A stretch of 64,000 nucleotides of DNA from an uncultured bacterium (GTDB lineage: Bacteria; Desulfobacterota_D; UBA1144; Nemesobacterales; UBA2774), in NCBI GenBank assembly GCA_963705505.1, contig CAVPJU010000001.1, forward strand, positions 64,001 through 128,000, given 5' to 3'. Of this stretch, positions 47,851-58,549 are shown in pieces. How positions within the stretch are numbered: the stretch's first letter is position 1; each line of letters opens with the position of its first letter. The notes beneath the pieces are model-generated. The model had not been told where the DNA came from. It ran no database searches and worked only from the letters and a program-made list of their open reading frames with translations. A program made the translations under genes and the position numbers.

Positions 47851-48213
47851 ATGAAACGTCTGAAGATTAAATTCTTGGATATGGATTATTTTATTAAAAC
47901 AGACGCTGATGAAGATTATGTGCAGAAGATTGCTTTATTTCTGGAGCAAAAAGTGAAAGAGATATCAGCCCAGGACAGCAGCATGGTCGTGCCGAATGCC
48001 CTTCTGCTTGCGATGCTCAAAATTACCGATGACTACTTCAAACTATTAAAAGACTTTGAGGAATTTAAGGACAGTGCTGAAGAGAGATCAAAGAGATTGG
48101 TTCAAATACTGGAAAGCTCCCTTAACGAAAAAGAAACCTTTGGTATTGACGAAGGAATTCTTAGAGAGGAACTCGGAAGAGAAGAATTGGAAGACTCGTA
48201 TAAATACAGATGA
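47851..48213 (+). CDS. zapA: Cell division protein ZapA with acidic C-terminal extension
   Basis: IKFLDMDYFI...EDYVQKIA...LAMLKITDD fold pattern; zapA-ygfA-rny synteny. Confidence 0.85.
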   Translation: MKRLKIKFLDMDYFIKTDADEDYVQKIALFLEQKVKEISAQDSSMVVPNALLLAMLKITDDYFKLLKDFEEFKDSAEERSKRLVQILESSLNEKETFGIDEGILREELGREELEDSYKYR

Positions 48214-48835
48214 TCTTGATATATCAGATACGCTTCTTTCCCTCTTAGAGGTAGGGGGTTCAAATCTTAAAAAACAAAAAGAATACGTACGCTCGTATTT
48301 TTTAAAGAGAAGATACCGCCTTTCCAATCCTGACATAGTAGAGAAAAGCCGCCGGATATCCGGGAACCTGACGTCTCTTGAGCGCTTTATACGCTCAAAG
48401 AGGGTAGGTTTATATTTTCCTGTCCGTAATGAGGTCGATACGAGGGAGATATTCTCCCGATCTATAGGATCCGGGAAAGAGGTTTATTTCCCCAGGGTAG
48501 AAGGACCCGAGCTCACTTTTCATAGAGTCTTAGACATAAATGAACTTAAACCCGGGAAATTCGGCATCCCGGAGCCTGATTCAAGCTCATCAATCATAGA
48601 GCCCGAGAGACTTGACCTCATTCTTATACCCGGAGTCGCTTTTGACCCTTCCGGAGTGAGGCTCGGGTACGGAAAGGGATATTATGACAGATTGCTCGCA
48701 CGCATTCCTATAAATAAAAGGGTTGCCGTAGCTTACTCATTCCAGATGTCCGGTCCACTCCCTCACGGCGAGGAGGACATCTCTATGGGTCTGGTGGCGA
48801 CCGAGTTGGGAATAATATTTTGCAGGAGAATATAA
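48056..48835 (+). CDS. ygfA: 5-formyltetrahydrofolate cyclo-ligase (start uncertain; conserved domain begins near 48266)
   Basis: NEVDT, FGIPEP, PGVAFD, RLGYGKGYYDR. Confidence 0.9.
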   Translation: MRNLRTVLKRDQRDWFKYWKAPLTKKKPLVLTKEFLERNSEEKNWKTRINTDDLDISDTLLSLLEVGGSNLKKQKEYVRSYFLKRRYRLSNPDIVEKSRRISGNLTSLERFIRSKRVGLYFPVRNEVDTREIFSRSIGSGKEVYFPRVEGPELTFHRVLDINELKPGKFGIPEPDSSSSIIEPERLDLILIPGVAFDPSGVRLGYGKGYYDRLLARIPINKRVAVAYSFQMSGPLPHGEEDISMGLVATELGIIFCRRI

Positions 48836-48848
48836 GGAGGAAAATAAA

Positions 48849-50411
48849 ATGACTGAATTGATAGTCGCAGCGGCTGCTTCGCTTGTAGCCTTCGCTTTGG
48901 GTTATTTCGTTAATCACCTGTACAGACAGATGGAATTGAAGAAGAAAATTGGTCTGAAGAAGGACGAAGCCGAGGTTATCATAGAGAGCGCCAGAAAGGA
49001 AGCCGAGAAAATCAGGGTGCAGGGTGAATTGAAAGCAAAGGAGATAGTCGAGAGAAGGGGCTCTGAGATAGAGAACGAGGCGAGGGAGAAGCAGAGAGAG
49101 GCGTTTAAAACGGAAAAGAGACTCCAGAAACGCGAAGAAACCCTTGATAAGAAATACGAGGCTGTTGAAAAGAGGGAGTCCGACATTTCAAGGAAGGATA
49201 GGGATTTGGTACAGAAGGAACAGGCCCTCGGAGAAAAACAGAAGGAGCTCGACGCGGTAATCAATGAGGCCAAGAAAAAGATCGAGGATATTGCCGGTAT
49301 GACTCAGGAAGCCGCCAAGAATGAGCTCGTCAATATTATTGAAGATGAAGCGAGGCATGAAGCCGCCAAGAAGCTGAAGCAGCTTGAAGACCAGCTCCAT
49401 GAAGAGGCCGAAAGGAAAGCAAAGGATATAATAGCGCTCGCAATTCAGAAGTATTCCGGTGAATACACGAGCGAAAAGACGATATCCGTCGTGAACCTTC
49501 CCAACGACGATATGAAGGGAAGGATAATCGGGCGTGAGGGGAGGAATATCAGGTCCATAGAGGCCAGAACGGGCGTGGATATCATAATCGACGATACTCC
49601 GGAGACGGTGGTCATATCCTCTCTTAACCCTATAAGAAGGGAGATCGCGAGGATATCTCTCGAAAGGCTTATCGATGACGGCCGTATTCATCCGGCCCGG
49701 ATCGAGGAGATAGTATCCGACGTCGAAAAAGAGATCGAGCGCGAGATTCAGAAGGCGGGAGAGGAGGCACTCTTTGACCTCGGCATTCCCACCATGCATC
49801 CGGAGCTTGTAAAGCTTATCGGAAGGCTGAAATACAGGACGAGCTATTCCCAGAATATACTGAACCACTCGATCGAGGTGGCGTTTATATGCGGAATCCT
49901 GGCCGGGGAGATAGGTTACGATATTAAGCTGGCGAAGCGCGCGGGTCTTCTCCATGATATCGGGAAGGCGGTAGACCACGAGATCGAGGGCTCGCACGTC
50001 GATATCGGGGAGGACCTCGTGAGGAAATACGGGGAGCCGAAGGACGTCATAGAGGCCGTGGCTCTTGGCCATGACCCTCAGCCGCAGTTACTCCTGGCAA
50101 TCCTTGTTCAGGCCGCGGATGCGATATCCGCCGCAAGACCGGGCGCGAGGAGAGAGACCTACGAAGCTTACGTAAAGAGAATAGAGGATATCGAGAGCAT
50201 CGCGGCCTCGTTCAGGGGAGTCGAGAAGTGCTATGCGATACAGGCCGGGCGCGAGGTGAGGGTGATAGTCGAGAGCTCGAAGGTGAACGACGAGGAAGGC
50301 GCGCTGCTCTCCCACGAGATAGCGAAGAAGATCGAGAGGGAAGTCGCATACCCGGGGCAGATCAAGATAACGGTGATAAGGGAAGTCAGGTCTACGGCGT
50401 TTGCGAGCTAG
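48849..50411 (+). CDS. rny: Ribonuclease Y
   Basis: N-terminal TM, coiled coil, KH GRIIGREGRNI, HD LLHDIGK. Confidence 0.97.
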   Translation: MTELIVAAAASLVAFALGYFVNHLYRQMELKKKIGLKKDEAEVIIESARKEAEKIRVQGELKAKEIVERRGSEIENEAREKQREAFKTEKRLQKREETLDKKYEAVEKRESDISRKDRDLVQKEQALGEKQKELDAVINEAKKKIEDIAGMTQEAAKNELVNIIEDEARHEAAKKLKQLEDQLHEEAERKAKDIIALAIQKYSGEYTSEKTISVVNLPNDDMKGRIIGREGRNIRSIEARTGVDIIIDDTPETVVISSLNPIRREIARISLERLIDDGRIHPARIEEIVSDVEKEIEREIQKAGEEALFDLGIPTMHPELVKLIGRLKYRTSYSQNILNHSIEVAFICGILAGEIGYDIKLAKRAGLLHDIGKAVDHEIEGSHVDIGEDLVRKYGEPKDVIEAVALGHDPQPQLLLAILVQAADAISAARPGARRETYEAYVKRIEDIESIAASFRGVEKCYAIQAGREVRVIVESSKVNDEEGALLSHEIAKKIEREVAYPGQIKITVIREVRSTAFAS

Positions 50412-50465
50412 TGGTTATCGATATCAGGGCGTTACAAATAAAATACACGCTTGAAATGAAGAAAT

Positions 50466-50494
50466 CCTGAGCCTGCTGAAACGGCAGGCTCAGG
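50466..50494. terminator. Hairpin between convergent rny and ppdK
   Basis: CCTGAGCCTGC / GCAGGCTCAGG perfect 11-bp stem. Confidence 0.7.
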
Positions 50495-50516
50495 CTATAT
50501 ATGAAGTGTGCAGCTT

Positions 50517-53240
50517 CTATCTTTTATTAAGAGCAGCTTTGGCTGCAGCGAGTCGTGCTATGGGCACCCTGAACGGCGAGCAGCTCACGTAGTCCATCCC
50601 TATTGAGTTCGAGAATTCTATAGACTGCGGGTCTCCGCCGTGCTCCCCGCATATGCCTACTTTCAAGTCGGGCCTGACCTTTCTCCCTTTCTCTATAGCC
50701 AGCTTCATAAGCTCCACGACGCCTATGTCGAGTGTCAGGAAAGGGTCTTTCTCGAGTATGCTCAAAACCTTGCCGTTTAGCGTCACTTTTTCGTTCATAT
50801 AAGTCTTTATGATTTTCCCCGAGTCGTCCCTCGACAGGCCGAACATCATCTGCGTAAGGTCGTTAGTCCCGAATGAGAAGAACTCGGCCTCGGTTGCGAT
50901 CTGATCCGCGGTGACGGCCGCCCGCGGGACTTCGATCATGGTGCCTATTTTGTATTTGATTTTCTTTTTGGATTTTTTGAGGACTTCGTCGGCTACTTCC
51001 TGAATGACGTCTTTTTGCGCCTTCATTTCCGTTACCATGGCCACGAGCGGGACCATTATTTCAGGGACCGCTTTCACCCCTTCGTTTGCCACCTCGGAGG
51101 CTGCTTCCATTATCGCGGTCACCTGCATTTTCGTGATCTCGGGTATCAATATTCCGAGTCTGCATCCCCTGAGACCGAGCATAGGGTTGAATTCGTGGAG
51201 ATCCTGCACTCTTTCGAGGAGCATTTTTTTTCTTTCGAGGCTTTTTGAAGATTGCTTCTCCAACTCGAGCTCCTTAATATCGAGCATCAGCTCTTCGAGC
51301 TTCGGAAGGAACTCGTGCAGCGGGGGGTCGATCAACCTTATAGTAACGGGGTGCCCCTTCATGTTGCGGAAAAGCTCTTTGAAGTCGTTCCTCTGCATCG
51401 GAAGGAGCTTAGATAAGTATTTATCTCTCTCCTCAGGTGTCTGCGAGAGGATCATGTCCTGCATTATGGGAATCCTGTCTTTGGCGAAGAACATATGTTC
51501 CGTACGGCAGAGGCCTATACCTTCGGCTCCGAACCTGTATGCGATTTGCGCGTCCCGCGGTGTGTCCGCGTTGGTCCTTACGCCGATTGTCCTGATGTCG
51601 TCGGCCCATTTCAATACGGATGAGAATATCCTGTAGTTCTCGGAATCCTCGGCTTTTAACTTTCCCTCGACTACCTGTATTATGTCTGACGGTATTACAG
51701 GCACGTGACCCGAATAGACTTTGCCTTCGAAACCGTCGAGTGAAATGAATTCGCCTTCCTGAACGACTATGTCTCCTGTCTGAAAACACCTGTTCTTTTC
51801 GTCTATGTTGATGTCTTCGGCTCCCACGATGCATACCTTTCCCATCTGCCTTCCCACGACGGCGGCGTGGCTGGTCCTCCCTCCGCGCGCGGTCAGTACC
51901 CCCTTGGAGGCGGCCATACCTTTAATGTCGTCGGCGCTTGTTTCCTTCCTTACCAGGATCGTGCTCCTGCCTTCCCCGCTGAATCTGACCGCGGTATCGG
52001 CGTCAAGCGCGACCGCTCCGGATACCGCTCCCGGCGATGCCGCGAGCCCTGTCGCTATCACCTTGTGCCTCTGTTTCTCCTCCGGGTTGAATATGGGGAA
52101 CAGGAACTGCTCCAGGTGTTCGGGCTCTATTCTCGATATCGCCTGTTCCCTGGTAATGAGTTTTTCTTTCACCATATCGTAGGCGATCTTTAATGCCGCG
52201 AGTCCCGTCCTCTTTCCGTTGCGCGTCTGAAGGAAATAGAGATTTCCTCTCTCGATCGTGAACTCGAAGTCCTGCATGTCCTTGAAATGCTTTTCGAGTG
52301 TGTTTGCGATCTTCGCGAGCTGGCGAAATACGGACGGCAGCTCGCGCGCAAGCTCGTCTATATGCTTGGGAGTCCTTATTCCCGCGACGAGGTCTTCGCC
52401 CTGAGCGTTCATGAGACATTCCGCATAGAGCTTCTTCTCACCGCTCGCGGGGTCTCTCGTAAAACCTACACCCGTTCCCGAGTCGTCGCTCATGTTCCCG
52501 AAGACCATGGCCTGCACGTTGGCGGCAGTGCCTATATCGTCGGGGATGCCGTACTGCTTTCTGTAGAATATTGCCCTTTCATTGTTCCACGAAAGGAATA
52601 CAGCGCGTACGGCCATATGCAGCTGATCGAGCGGGTTTTGAGGAAACTCCGTCTTCGCTTTCTTCTTGACGAGCTGTTTTGATTTTCTGATGACTTCTTT
52701 AAGAATATCGGGTGTGAGGTCGGGGTCGCTCTTTACCCCTTCTTTCTTCTTTATATCGGCGAATATGTGTTCGAACTCTTCCTTATCTATGCCGAACACC
52801 ACGTCTGAAAACATCTCTACAAGCCTTCTGTAAGCGTCCCAGACAAATATGGGATTATCGGTCTTTGTAGAAAGACGTTCGGCAATCTTATCGTTTAGTC
52901 CGAGGTTCAATATCGTATCCATCATGCCCGGCATCGAAAACTTCGCCCCCGAGCGCACCGAGACGAGAAGCGGGTTTTCAGGGTCCCCGAGCTTTTTGCC
53001 GATGAGCTTTTCGAGCTTCGACAGGTTGAGCTCGATTTCCTTCAATATGTTTTCGGGAATATGTCTCTTATGGTTGTAGAATTCAGTGCACGCTTCTGTG
53101 CTTATGGTAAATCCCGGCGGGACAGGCACGCCTATCCTCGTCATTTCCGCAAGGCCCGCGCCCTTTCCGCCCAGCAGGTCTTTCATGTCCCCTTTTCCTT
53201 CCGCTTTCCCGTTACCGAATAAATATATAAATTTCTTCAT
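50517..53240 (-). CDS. ppdK: Pyruvate, phosphate dikinase
   Basis: LLGGKGA, SMPGMMDT, GGRTSHAAVV, GLCRTEHMF, GICGEHGG. Confidence 0.97.
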   Translation of the reverse strand: MKKFIYLFGNGKAEGKGDMKDLLGGKGAGLAEMTRIGVPVPPGFTISTEACTEFYNHKRHIPENILKEIELNLSKLEKLIGKKLGDPENPLLVSVRSGAKFSMPGMMDTILNLGLNDKIAERLSTKTDNPIFVWDAYRRLVEMFSDVVFGIDKEEFEHIFADIKKKEGVKSDPDLTPDILKEVIRKSKQLVKKKAKTEFPQNPLDQLHMAVRAVFLSWNNERAIFYRKQYGIPDDIGTAANVQAMVFGNMSDDSGTGVGFTRDPASGEKKLYAECLMNAQGEDLVAGIRTPKHIDELARELPSVFRQLAKIANTLEKHFKDMQDFEFTIERGNLYFLQTRNGKRTGLAALKIAYDMVKEKLITREQAISRIEPEHLEQFLFPIFNPEEKQRHKVIATGLAASPGAVSGAVALDADTAVRFSGEGRSTILVRKETSADDIKGMAASKGVLTARGGRTSHAAVVGRQMGKVCIVGAEDINIDEKNRCFQTGDIVVQEGEFISLDGFEGKVYSGHVPVIPSDIIQVVEGKLKAEDSENYRIFSSVLKWADDIRTIGVRTNADTPRDAQIAYRFGAEGIGLCRTEHMFFAKDRIPIMQDMILSQTPEERDKYLSKLLPMQRNDFKELFRNMKGHPVTIRLIDPPLHEFLPKLEELMLDIKELELEKQSSKSLERKKMLLERVQDLHEFNPMLGLRGCRLGILIPEITKMQVTAIMEAASEVANEGVKAVPEIMVPLVAMVTEMKAQKDVIQEVADEVLKKSKKKIKYKIGTMIEVPRAAVTADQIATEAEFFSFGTNDLTQMMFGLSRDDSGKIIKTYMNEKVTLNGKVLSILEKDPFLTLDIGVVELMKLAIEKGRKVRPDLKVGICGEHGGDPQSIEFSNSIGMDYVSCSPFRVPIARLAAAKAALNKR

Positions 53241-53301
53241 AGCAGTGTCCTTTCTGAAAAGTCTTTTTTAAACCCTCCGATTGAATTTATACCTTTACAA
53301 T

Positions 53302-55386
53302 TTATGTGCTCAGTTTGGAAAAATCAGCGATTTTGAAAAAGAGCTCCCTTATTTCCCAGAGCATCGATAGCCTGTTCTTTCTCAACTCGGGGTTCTCGTC
53401 CATCACGAGCACGTTATCGAAGAACTTATCGACGGGCTCTTTTAATTTCTTCATAATGGATAGGGATTCGGAGTAGTTCCTGTCCGTAATCTTCCTTCCC
53501 ACTTTCTCCCGTGTCTCCGTAAAGGACGAAAAGAGCTCCTTCTCGACAGGCTCGATAAGGAGACCTTCATTGACTTCATCCCTCGGCTGCCCCTTTACTA
53601 TATTCACCACGCGCTTGAAAGCAATCCCCAGAGAATCGAAATCGGGCGCCTTCCGGAATTCCGAGAGAGCTTCGATCTTCCTCTTCACTTCAACTATGTC
53701 GTCGAACCGGACGCTTATCACTGCTTCCACAACGTCCTGAGGGAATCCGTCGGAGATCATGATATTTCTGAACCGTTCTTTAATAAAGCCTGTTATATCA
53801 GTCAGGATATCATCCTGCGGCTGGGAGAACTTTCCACCGGTTTGATTGATGATAGTGCCGATGCTCGCCCTGAAAAGCTCGTTAATATTCAAATGGTAAT
53901 TTTTTTCGAGGATTATGTTTATTATTCCGATTGCCTGTCTTCTGAGGGCGTAGGGGTCTGAGGTCCCGGTCGGTGCGAGTCCTGAAATGAAACATGCCGA
54001 AATCGTGTCTATCTTGTCCGCGATGCTTATTACGGAGCCCAAATCGGTCGCCGGCAGGTCCCCTTCGCGGGATGTCGGCTTGTACTGCTCTTCTATAGCC
54101 CGGGCGACTTCTTTCTTTTCCCCCGAGAGGAGCGCATAGTATCTGCCCATGATGCCCTGGAGCTCGGGGAATTCGAATACCATCTGAGTTGCGAGGTCGG
54201 CCTTGGAGAGCTCGGCTGCCCTGATGACGTCGGTAAGCGATTCAAAACCGAGCGCCTGACCGATCTCTTTTGCAAGCTCCTTCAGCCTTTCAGTCTTATC
54301 GTGGTAAGTACCGAGGTCGGAGAGGAAAACCATTCCTTTGAGTTTCTTATTCTTTTCGGCAAGCGGCGTGCTCCTGTCTTCATCGTAAAAGAACCTCGCG
54401 TCCGTGAACCTCGCTCTTATGACCCTCTCGTTCCCCTTCACTACCACCTTGCTGTCCTTTGCCTTTGTCCCGGCTACGAATATGAAGTGGTGGAGGAGCG
54501 TTCCGTCGCCTGACCGGGAGAGCACCGGAAAGTATTTCTGATGGTTCTTCATCACGCTTATCAGGACTTCTTTCGGGAGCTCGAGGAAACCCTCTTCGAA
54601 ATCGCCCTTGAGAACAACCGGGTATTCGACTAGATAAGTAACGGTCTCCAGAAGCTCCTCGTCCTTAAGCGCGGTCCCTCCGATTTTCCCCGCAAGCTCG
54701 TCGATCCCCTTTTCTATCAAGCTTTTTCTTTTTTCCTGGTCGAGCATAACGTAGCCCTTATCGAGCCCTTTCGTATAGTCTTCCCAGCCGGATACCGTAA
54801 AGGGCTTAGGGTTCATGAATCTGTGGCCGCGGGATTTCGAAGAGCTTTTAACTTCCTCTATGTCGAAGCGAATAGTCTTACCGCCGTAGACCGCGAGTAT
54901 CCACCTTATAGGTCTCGCGAATACAGTCTCCCCGTCGCCCCACTTCATCGATTTCCTGAAGGGGAGCTCAGTAATTATCCTGGGGAGTATTTCTTTTAAG
55001 AGTGTTTCGGTTTTCTGTCCCTTTATTTTTTTTACCGCCGCCAGGAACTCGCCCCTGTCCCTCTTTACCGTTATAAGCTCGCTTACGTCCACGCCCTGGG
55101 ATTTCGCGAACCCGATTGTCGCGTTTGTCGGGTTCCCCTTTTCGTCAAAGGCTATCCTCACGGGGGGGCCGTAGGACTCCCTCGACTGGTCTTCCTGTTT
55201 ATCGCTCAGTTCCGTGACACGGAGAGTCAGTCTTCTAGGGGTGCCGAAGGACGAAATATTCCCGTAAGAGAGCGCGTTCTCGGCAAGCTCCTTGGACGCA
55301 ATCTCCGAAAGATTATCGATGGCATCCCTCATAAAGCCCGCGGGAATTTCCTCTGTCCCGATCTCTAATATCAGCTCTTTTCCCAT
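53302..55386 (-). CDS. glyS: Glycine--tRNA ligase beta subunit
   Basis: [30 protein letters not shown]; start MGKEL at 55386. Confidence 0.96.
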   Translation of the reverse strand: MGKELILEIGTEEIPAGFMRDAIDNLSEIASKELAENALSYGNISSFGTPRRLTLRVTELSDKQEDQSRESYGPPVRIAFDEKGNPTNATIGFAKSQGVDVSELITVKRDRGEFLAAVKKIKGQKTETLLKEILPRIITELPFRKSMKWGDGETVFARPIRWILAVYGGKTIRFDIEEVKSSSKSRGHRFMNPKPFTVSGWEDYTKGLDKGYVMLDQEKRKSLIEKGIDELAGKIGGTALKDEELLETVTYLVEYPVVLKGDFEEGFLELPKEVLISVMKNHQKYFPVLSRSGDGTLLHHFIFVAGTKAKDSKVVVKGNERVIRARFTDARFFYDEDRSTPLAEKNKKLKGMVFLSDLGTYHDKTERLKELAKEIGQALGFESLTDVIRAAELSKADLATQMVFEFPELQGIMGRYYALLSGEKKEVARAIEEQYKPTSREGDLPATDLGSVISIADKIDTISACFISGLAPTGTSDPYALRRQAIGIINIILEKNYHLNINELFRASIGTIINQTGGKFSQPQDDILTDITGFIKERFRNIMISDGFPQDVVEAVISVRFDDIVEVKRKIEALSEFRKAPDFDSLGIAFKRVVNIVKGQPRDEVNEGLLIEPVEKELFSSFTETREKVGRKITDRNYSESLSIMKKLKEPVDKFFDNVLVMDENPELRKNRLSMLWEIRELFFKIADFSKLST

Positions 55387-56258
55387 GGGTTCCTTTTCGC
55401 GAGCGGGAAACTCATTTCCTCCCTTTCGAGGAGATACCCCTCCGCGCACATCTTGGCGAGCGCCCGTACCCTGCCGATGTAAGAGGCTCGCTCCGCGACC
55501 CCTATGGCGCCGCGCGCGTCGAGCAAGTTAAACGTGTGGGAGCATTTGAGGCAGTAGTCATAAGCGGGGAGGGGGAGTTTTTTCTGAATGAGCCTCCTGC
55601 ACTCGGCCTCGAATTTATCGAAGAGGTCTCTCAACATCACCGGGTCCGATTCCTGAAAGTTGTATGTAGAGAACTCGAATTCGTCTCTGTGGTGGATCTC
55701 GCCGTACGTCACGCCTTTGGTCCATTCGAGGTCGTAGACGCTTTCCACACCCTGGAGATACATGGCGATCCTTTCAGTCCCGTACGTCAGTTCAGCGGAG
55801 ACCGGCTTGAGGTCTATCCCGCCCGCCTGCTGGAAATACGTGAATTGCGTAATCTCCATTCCGTCGAGCCACACCTCCCACCCGAGTCCCCACGCGCCCA
55901 GAGTCGGGGATTCCCAGTCGTCCTCCACGAACCTTATGTCGTGAGCGAGGGGGTCTATACCCAAGTATCTCAGGCTGTCGAGATAGAGATCCTGAATGTT
56001 TTTGGGGGAGGGCTTTATTATGACCTGGAACTGATAGTAGTGCTGGAGCCTGTTCGGGTTCTCTCCGTATCTGCCGTCCGTGGGGCGCCTCGAAGGCTCG
56101 ACGTAGGCGACGTACCAGGGCTCGGGCCCGAGGCACCTCAAAAAAGTCGCCGGATGGAACGTCCCCGCCCCTTTCTCGGTATCGTACGGCTGCATTATAA
56201 TGCAGCCCTTTTTTGCCCAGTAGATCTGGAGAGATAGTATCAGTTCCTGAAAGGTCAT
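55371..56258 (-). CDS. glyQ: Glycine--tRNA ligase alpha subunit
   Basis: [36 protein letters not shown]. Confidence 0.98.
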   Translation of the reverse strand: MTFQELILSLQIYWAKKGCIIMQPYDTEKGAGTFHPATFLRCLGPEPWYVAYVEPSRRPTDGRYGENPNRLQHYYQFQVIIKPSPKNIQDLYLDSLRYLGIDPLAHDIRFVEDDWESPTLGAWGLGWEVWLDGMEITQFTYFQQAGGIDLKPVSAELTYGTERIAMYLQGVESVYDLEWTKGVTYGEIHHRDEFEFSTYNFQESDPVMLRDLFDKFEAECRRLIQKKLPLPAYDYCLKCSHTFNLLDARGAIGVAERASYIGRVRALAKMCAEGYLLEREEMSFPLAKRNPWEKS

Positions 56259-56462
56259 TTGTTATCCTTCAGCCCGGAAAATTAGAGGGAAAATAATACC
56301 ATTATTTAAATTTTTTGGAAATCGGGCGGGATTGAACATCAAGTTCGGCGCATTTCATGTTGAGCTTGCTTTCGGATTCCGTGAGACACTCCGCCCTCCC
56401 GAGCTTCTGCACGTGCTGATTCATAGACAAAAAGCACCCCTCAGGTATCTTTCCAGATCGTT

Positions 56463-57503
56463 ATGGCGAAGACCACTTACAAGGGCTCGGGGGTCGATAT
56501 TGAGGCCGGGAATCTCTTTGTCGAGCTTATAAAACCGCTTGCCGGAACAACGGCAAATAAGCACGTGCTCGGCAAGATAGGCGGCTTTTCGGGAGCATAC
56601 GAGATTCCTCAGGGCAGATATAAGAAACCTGTGTTGGTGGCCGCGGCGGACGGCGTCGGGACCAAGCTCAAGATCGCGTTCATGACCGGAAGGCTCGACA
56701 CGGTCGGGATAGACCTCGTGGCGATGAACGTAAACGACATTATCGCGTGCGGGGCGGACCCGCTGTTCTTCCTCGATTATATAGCCACTTCGAGGCTCAA
56801 GCCCCGTGAAGGGGCCGAGATAATAAAGGGTATAGTCAAGGGGTGCAAGTCCGCCGGATGCGCGCTCCTCGGGGGCGAGACCGCCGAGATGCCGGGCTTT
56901 TACAGGCGTGACGAATTCGATCTCGCCGGGTTCGCCGTTGGGATTGTTGAGAGGGATCGAATATTAGACGGCTCGGCCGTCGTTCCCGGAGACGCGGTTA
57001 TAGGACTCGCGTCGAGCGGCCTTCATTCAAACGGATATTCACTCGCGAGAAAGGTGCTTTTGGAAAAGAAAAGATATAGGCTCGGAGATTCACCCTCACC
57101 GTTGTCACGCACGCTTGCGGACGAGCTGCTCGAGCCGACGAGGATTTATGTGAAAACGGTTCAAAAACTGAGGAAGGAATTCCGTATAAAGGCGATCGCG
57201 CATATCACAGGCGGGGGACTGCTTGAAAATATACCGAGGGTAATACCTAAAAAATTCTCTGCGATACTGGATTCCTCGAGATGGAAGCTCCCGCCTATTA
57301 TGGAGCTGATCGGAAGAGAGGGCCGTATCGATAGCGGGGAAATGCGGAGGACATTTAACTGCGGGATAGGACTCGTGCTTGTCGTGCCTGCCGATATTGC
57401 AAGCCGCGTACTAACGAGGCTTCGTCAGCTTAAGGAAACGGCTTATCCGATAGGGGAAATAGCGAAAAGGGGAAAGGAAAATCACGGAGTGATTATCAGC
57501 TGA
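56463..57503 (+). CDS. purM: Phosphoribosylformylglycinamidine cyclo-ligase
   Basis: DGVGTK, GGETAEMPG, SSGLHSNG, HITGGG. Confidence 0.97.
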   Translation: MAKTTYKGSGVDIEAGNLFVELIKPLAGTTANKHVLGKIGGFSGAYEIPQGRYKKPVLVAAADGVGTKLKIAFMTGRLDTVGIDLVAMNVNDIIACGADPLFFLDYIATSRLKPREGAEIIKGIVKGCKSAGCALLGGETAEMPGFYRRDEFDLAGFAVGIVERDRILDGSAVVPGDAVIGLASSGLHSNGYSLARKVLLEKKRYRLGDSPSPLSRTLADELLEPTRIYVKTVQKLRKEFRIKAIAHITGGGLLENIPRVIPKKFSAILDSSRWKLPPIMELIGREGRIDSGEMRRTFNCGIGLVLVVPADIASRVLTRLRQLKETAYPIGEIAKRGKENHGVIIS

Positions 57504-57526
57504 CATCTGGAATTCTTCCCAAAAAA

Positions 57527-58522
57527 TTATCTTATGAACCCGCCGAATTGATATATGAACGTCGCTTTGATATTCAGTGTTTCCAAAGAGCCCCAGCCTT
57601 CCGGGAACGGAGAGAACGGGGCCGCCGCCTTGATCGCCCTGATCGCTTCGCTGTCAAGTCGCACGTAGCCCGATGAGCTCAATAGCTGAATATTCTCGAG
57701 CTCCCCGTTACGTTTTATAGTAAACACGAGGAACAGCTGCCCCTCTTCCCCGCGGTAGCGCGACTCTTCCGGGTAATTCCATACGTTTTCTATCTGGCTC
57801 TTCAGCTTTGCGAAATACGACAGGTATTTAAATTCTGTGGTGCTCAGCTCTACCGTATCTTCCTTTTTGTTGACGTCCCTGTCTCCGAGATAATCCTGCG
57901 TACTCTGCGAGCTCTCCGGGAAAGAGTTCGGGACGTTACTGAAAAGCTGCTCTTTCGTTATGTTCGGGACGGTCTTTTGCTGGCTGTTCTCGTTATTTGA
58001 TTTGGTTCCGCTCGCGCCTTCTTTAAACTGCTCCTTCGGTAATGAGGCGAGAGTTTTATTCCGGAGGACGTCCTCTCTCGTGATGGTTTGTTCGGCCGTC
58101 TCCCGCTTGGGTTTTTCAGCTACTTTAGTTTCCTGTTTCTTTGCTGTCTTTTTAGGTTCCTGTTTTTTAGTTTCCTGTTTGGGTCTTTGGGGAGGCGCCG
58201 GTTTTTGCGGAGGGGGTAGACTTATCGACCTCTTTGTGAATTCGTCTCTGGTTTTTTCTTCCTGGGCCGTGTGCGATCGTTCTGCAAGCCTTTTGGGATT
58301 CTCAGGCGGCTTTGTTTCTTTTTCCTTTGGTACGGGCAATTCGGTTATCTCGATATAGTCGGGCTCCTTCTTTTCTTTCTTTGCGAGCTTGTCGAGGTAC
58401 TCGAATTGATAAACTAAAATCAAGGCCAGTAACAGCAGGTGAAACAATATAGAGCCGATGATAAAAGGAAGGATGGGTCTTTTCCGGGGCTTTTTTAGAT
58501 GCTTCAGTCTGATCTGCTTCAC
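57527..58522 (-). CDS. TonB-family protein (TM anchor, Pro/Lys-rich linker, TonB_C domain)
   Basis: SILFH TM motif; WNYPEE, SSGYVRLD, AAPF. Confidence 0.85.
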   Translation of the reverse strand: MKQIRLKHLKKPRKRPILPFIIGSILFHLLLLALILVYQFEYLDKLAKKEKKEPDYIEITELPVPKEKETKPPENPKRLAERSHTAQEEKTRDEFTKRSISLPPPQKPAPPQRPKQETKKQEPKKTAKKQETKVAEKPKRETAEQTITREDVLRNKTLASLPKEQFKEGASGTKSNNENSQQKTVPNITKEQLFSNVPNSFPESSQSTQDYLGDRDVNKKEDTVELSTTEFKYLSYFAKLKSQIENVWNYPEESRYRGEEGQLFLVFTIKRNGELENIQLLSSSGYVRLDSEAIRAIKAAAPFSPFPEGWGSLETLNIKATFIYQFGGFIR

Positions 58523-58549
58523 TTGTTATAATGATACCACTCTCAATTT

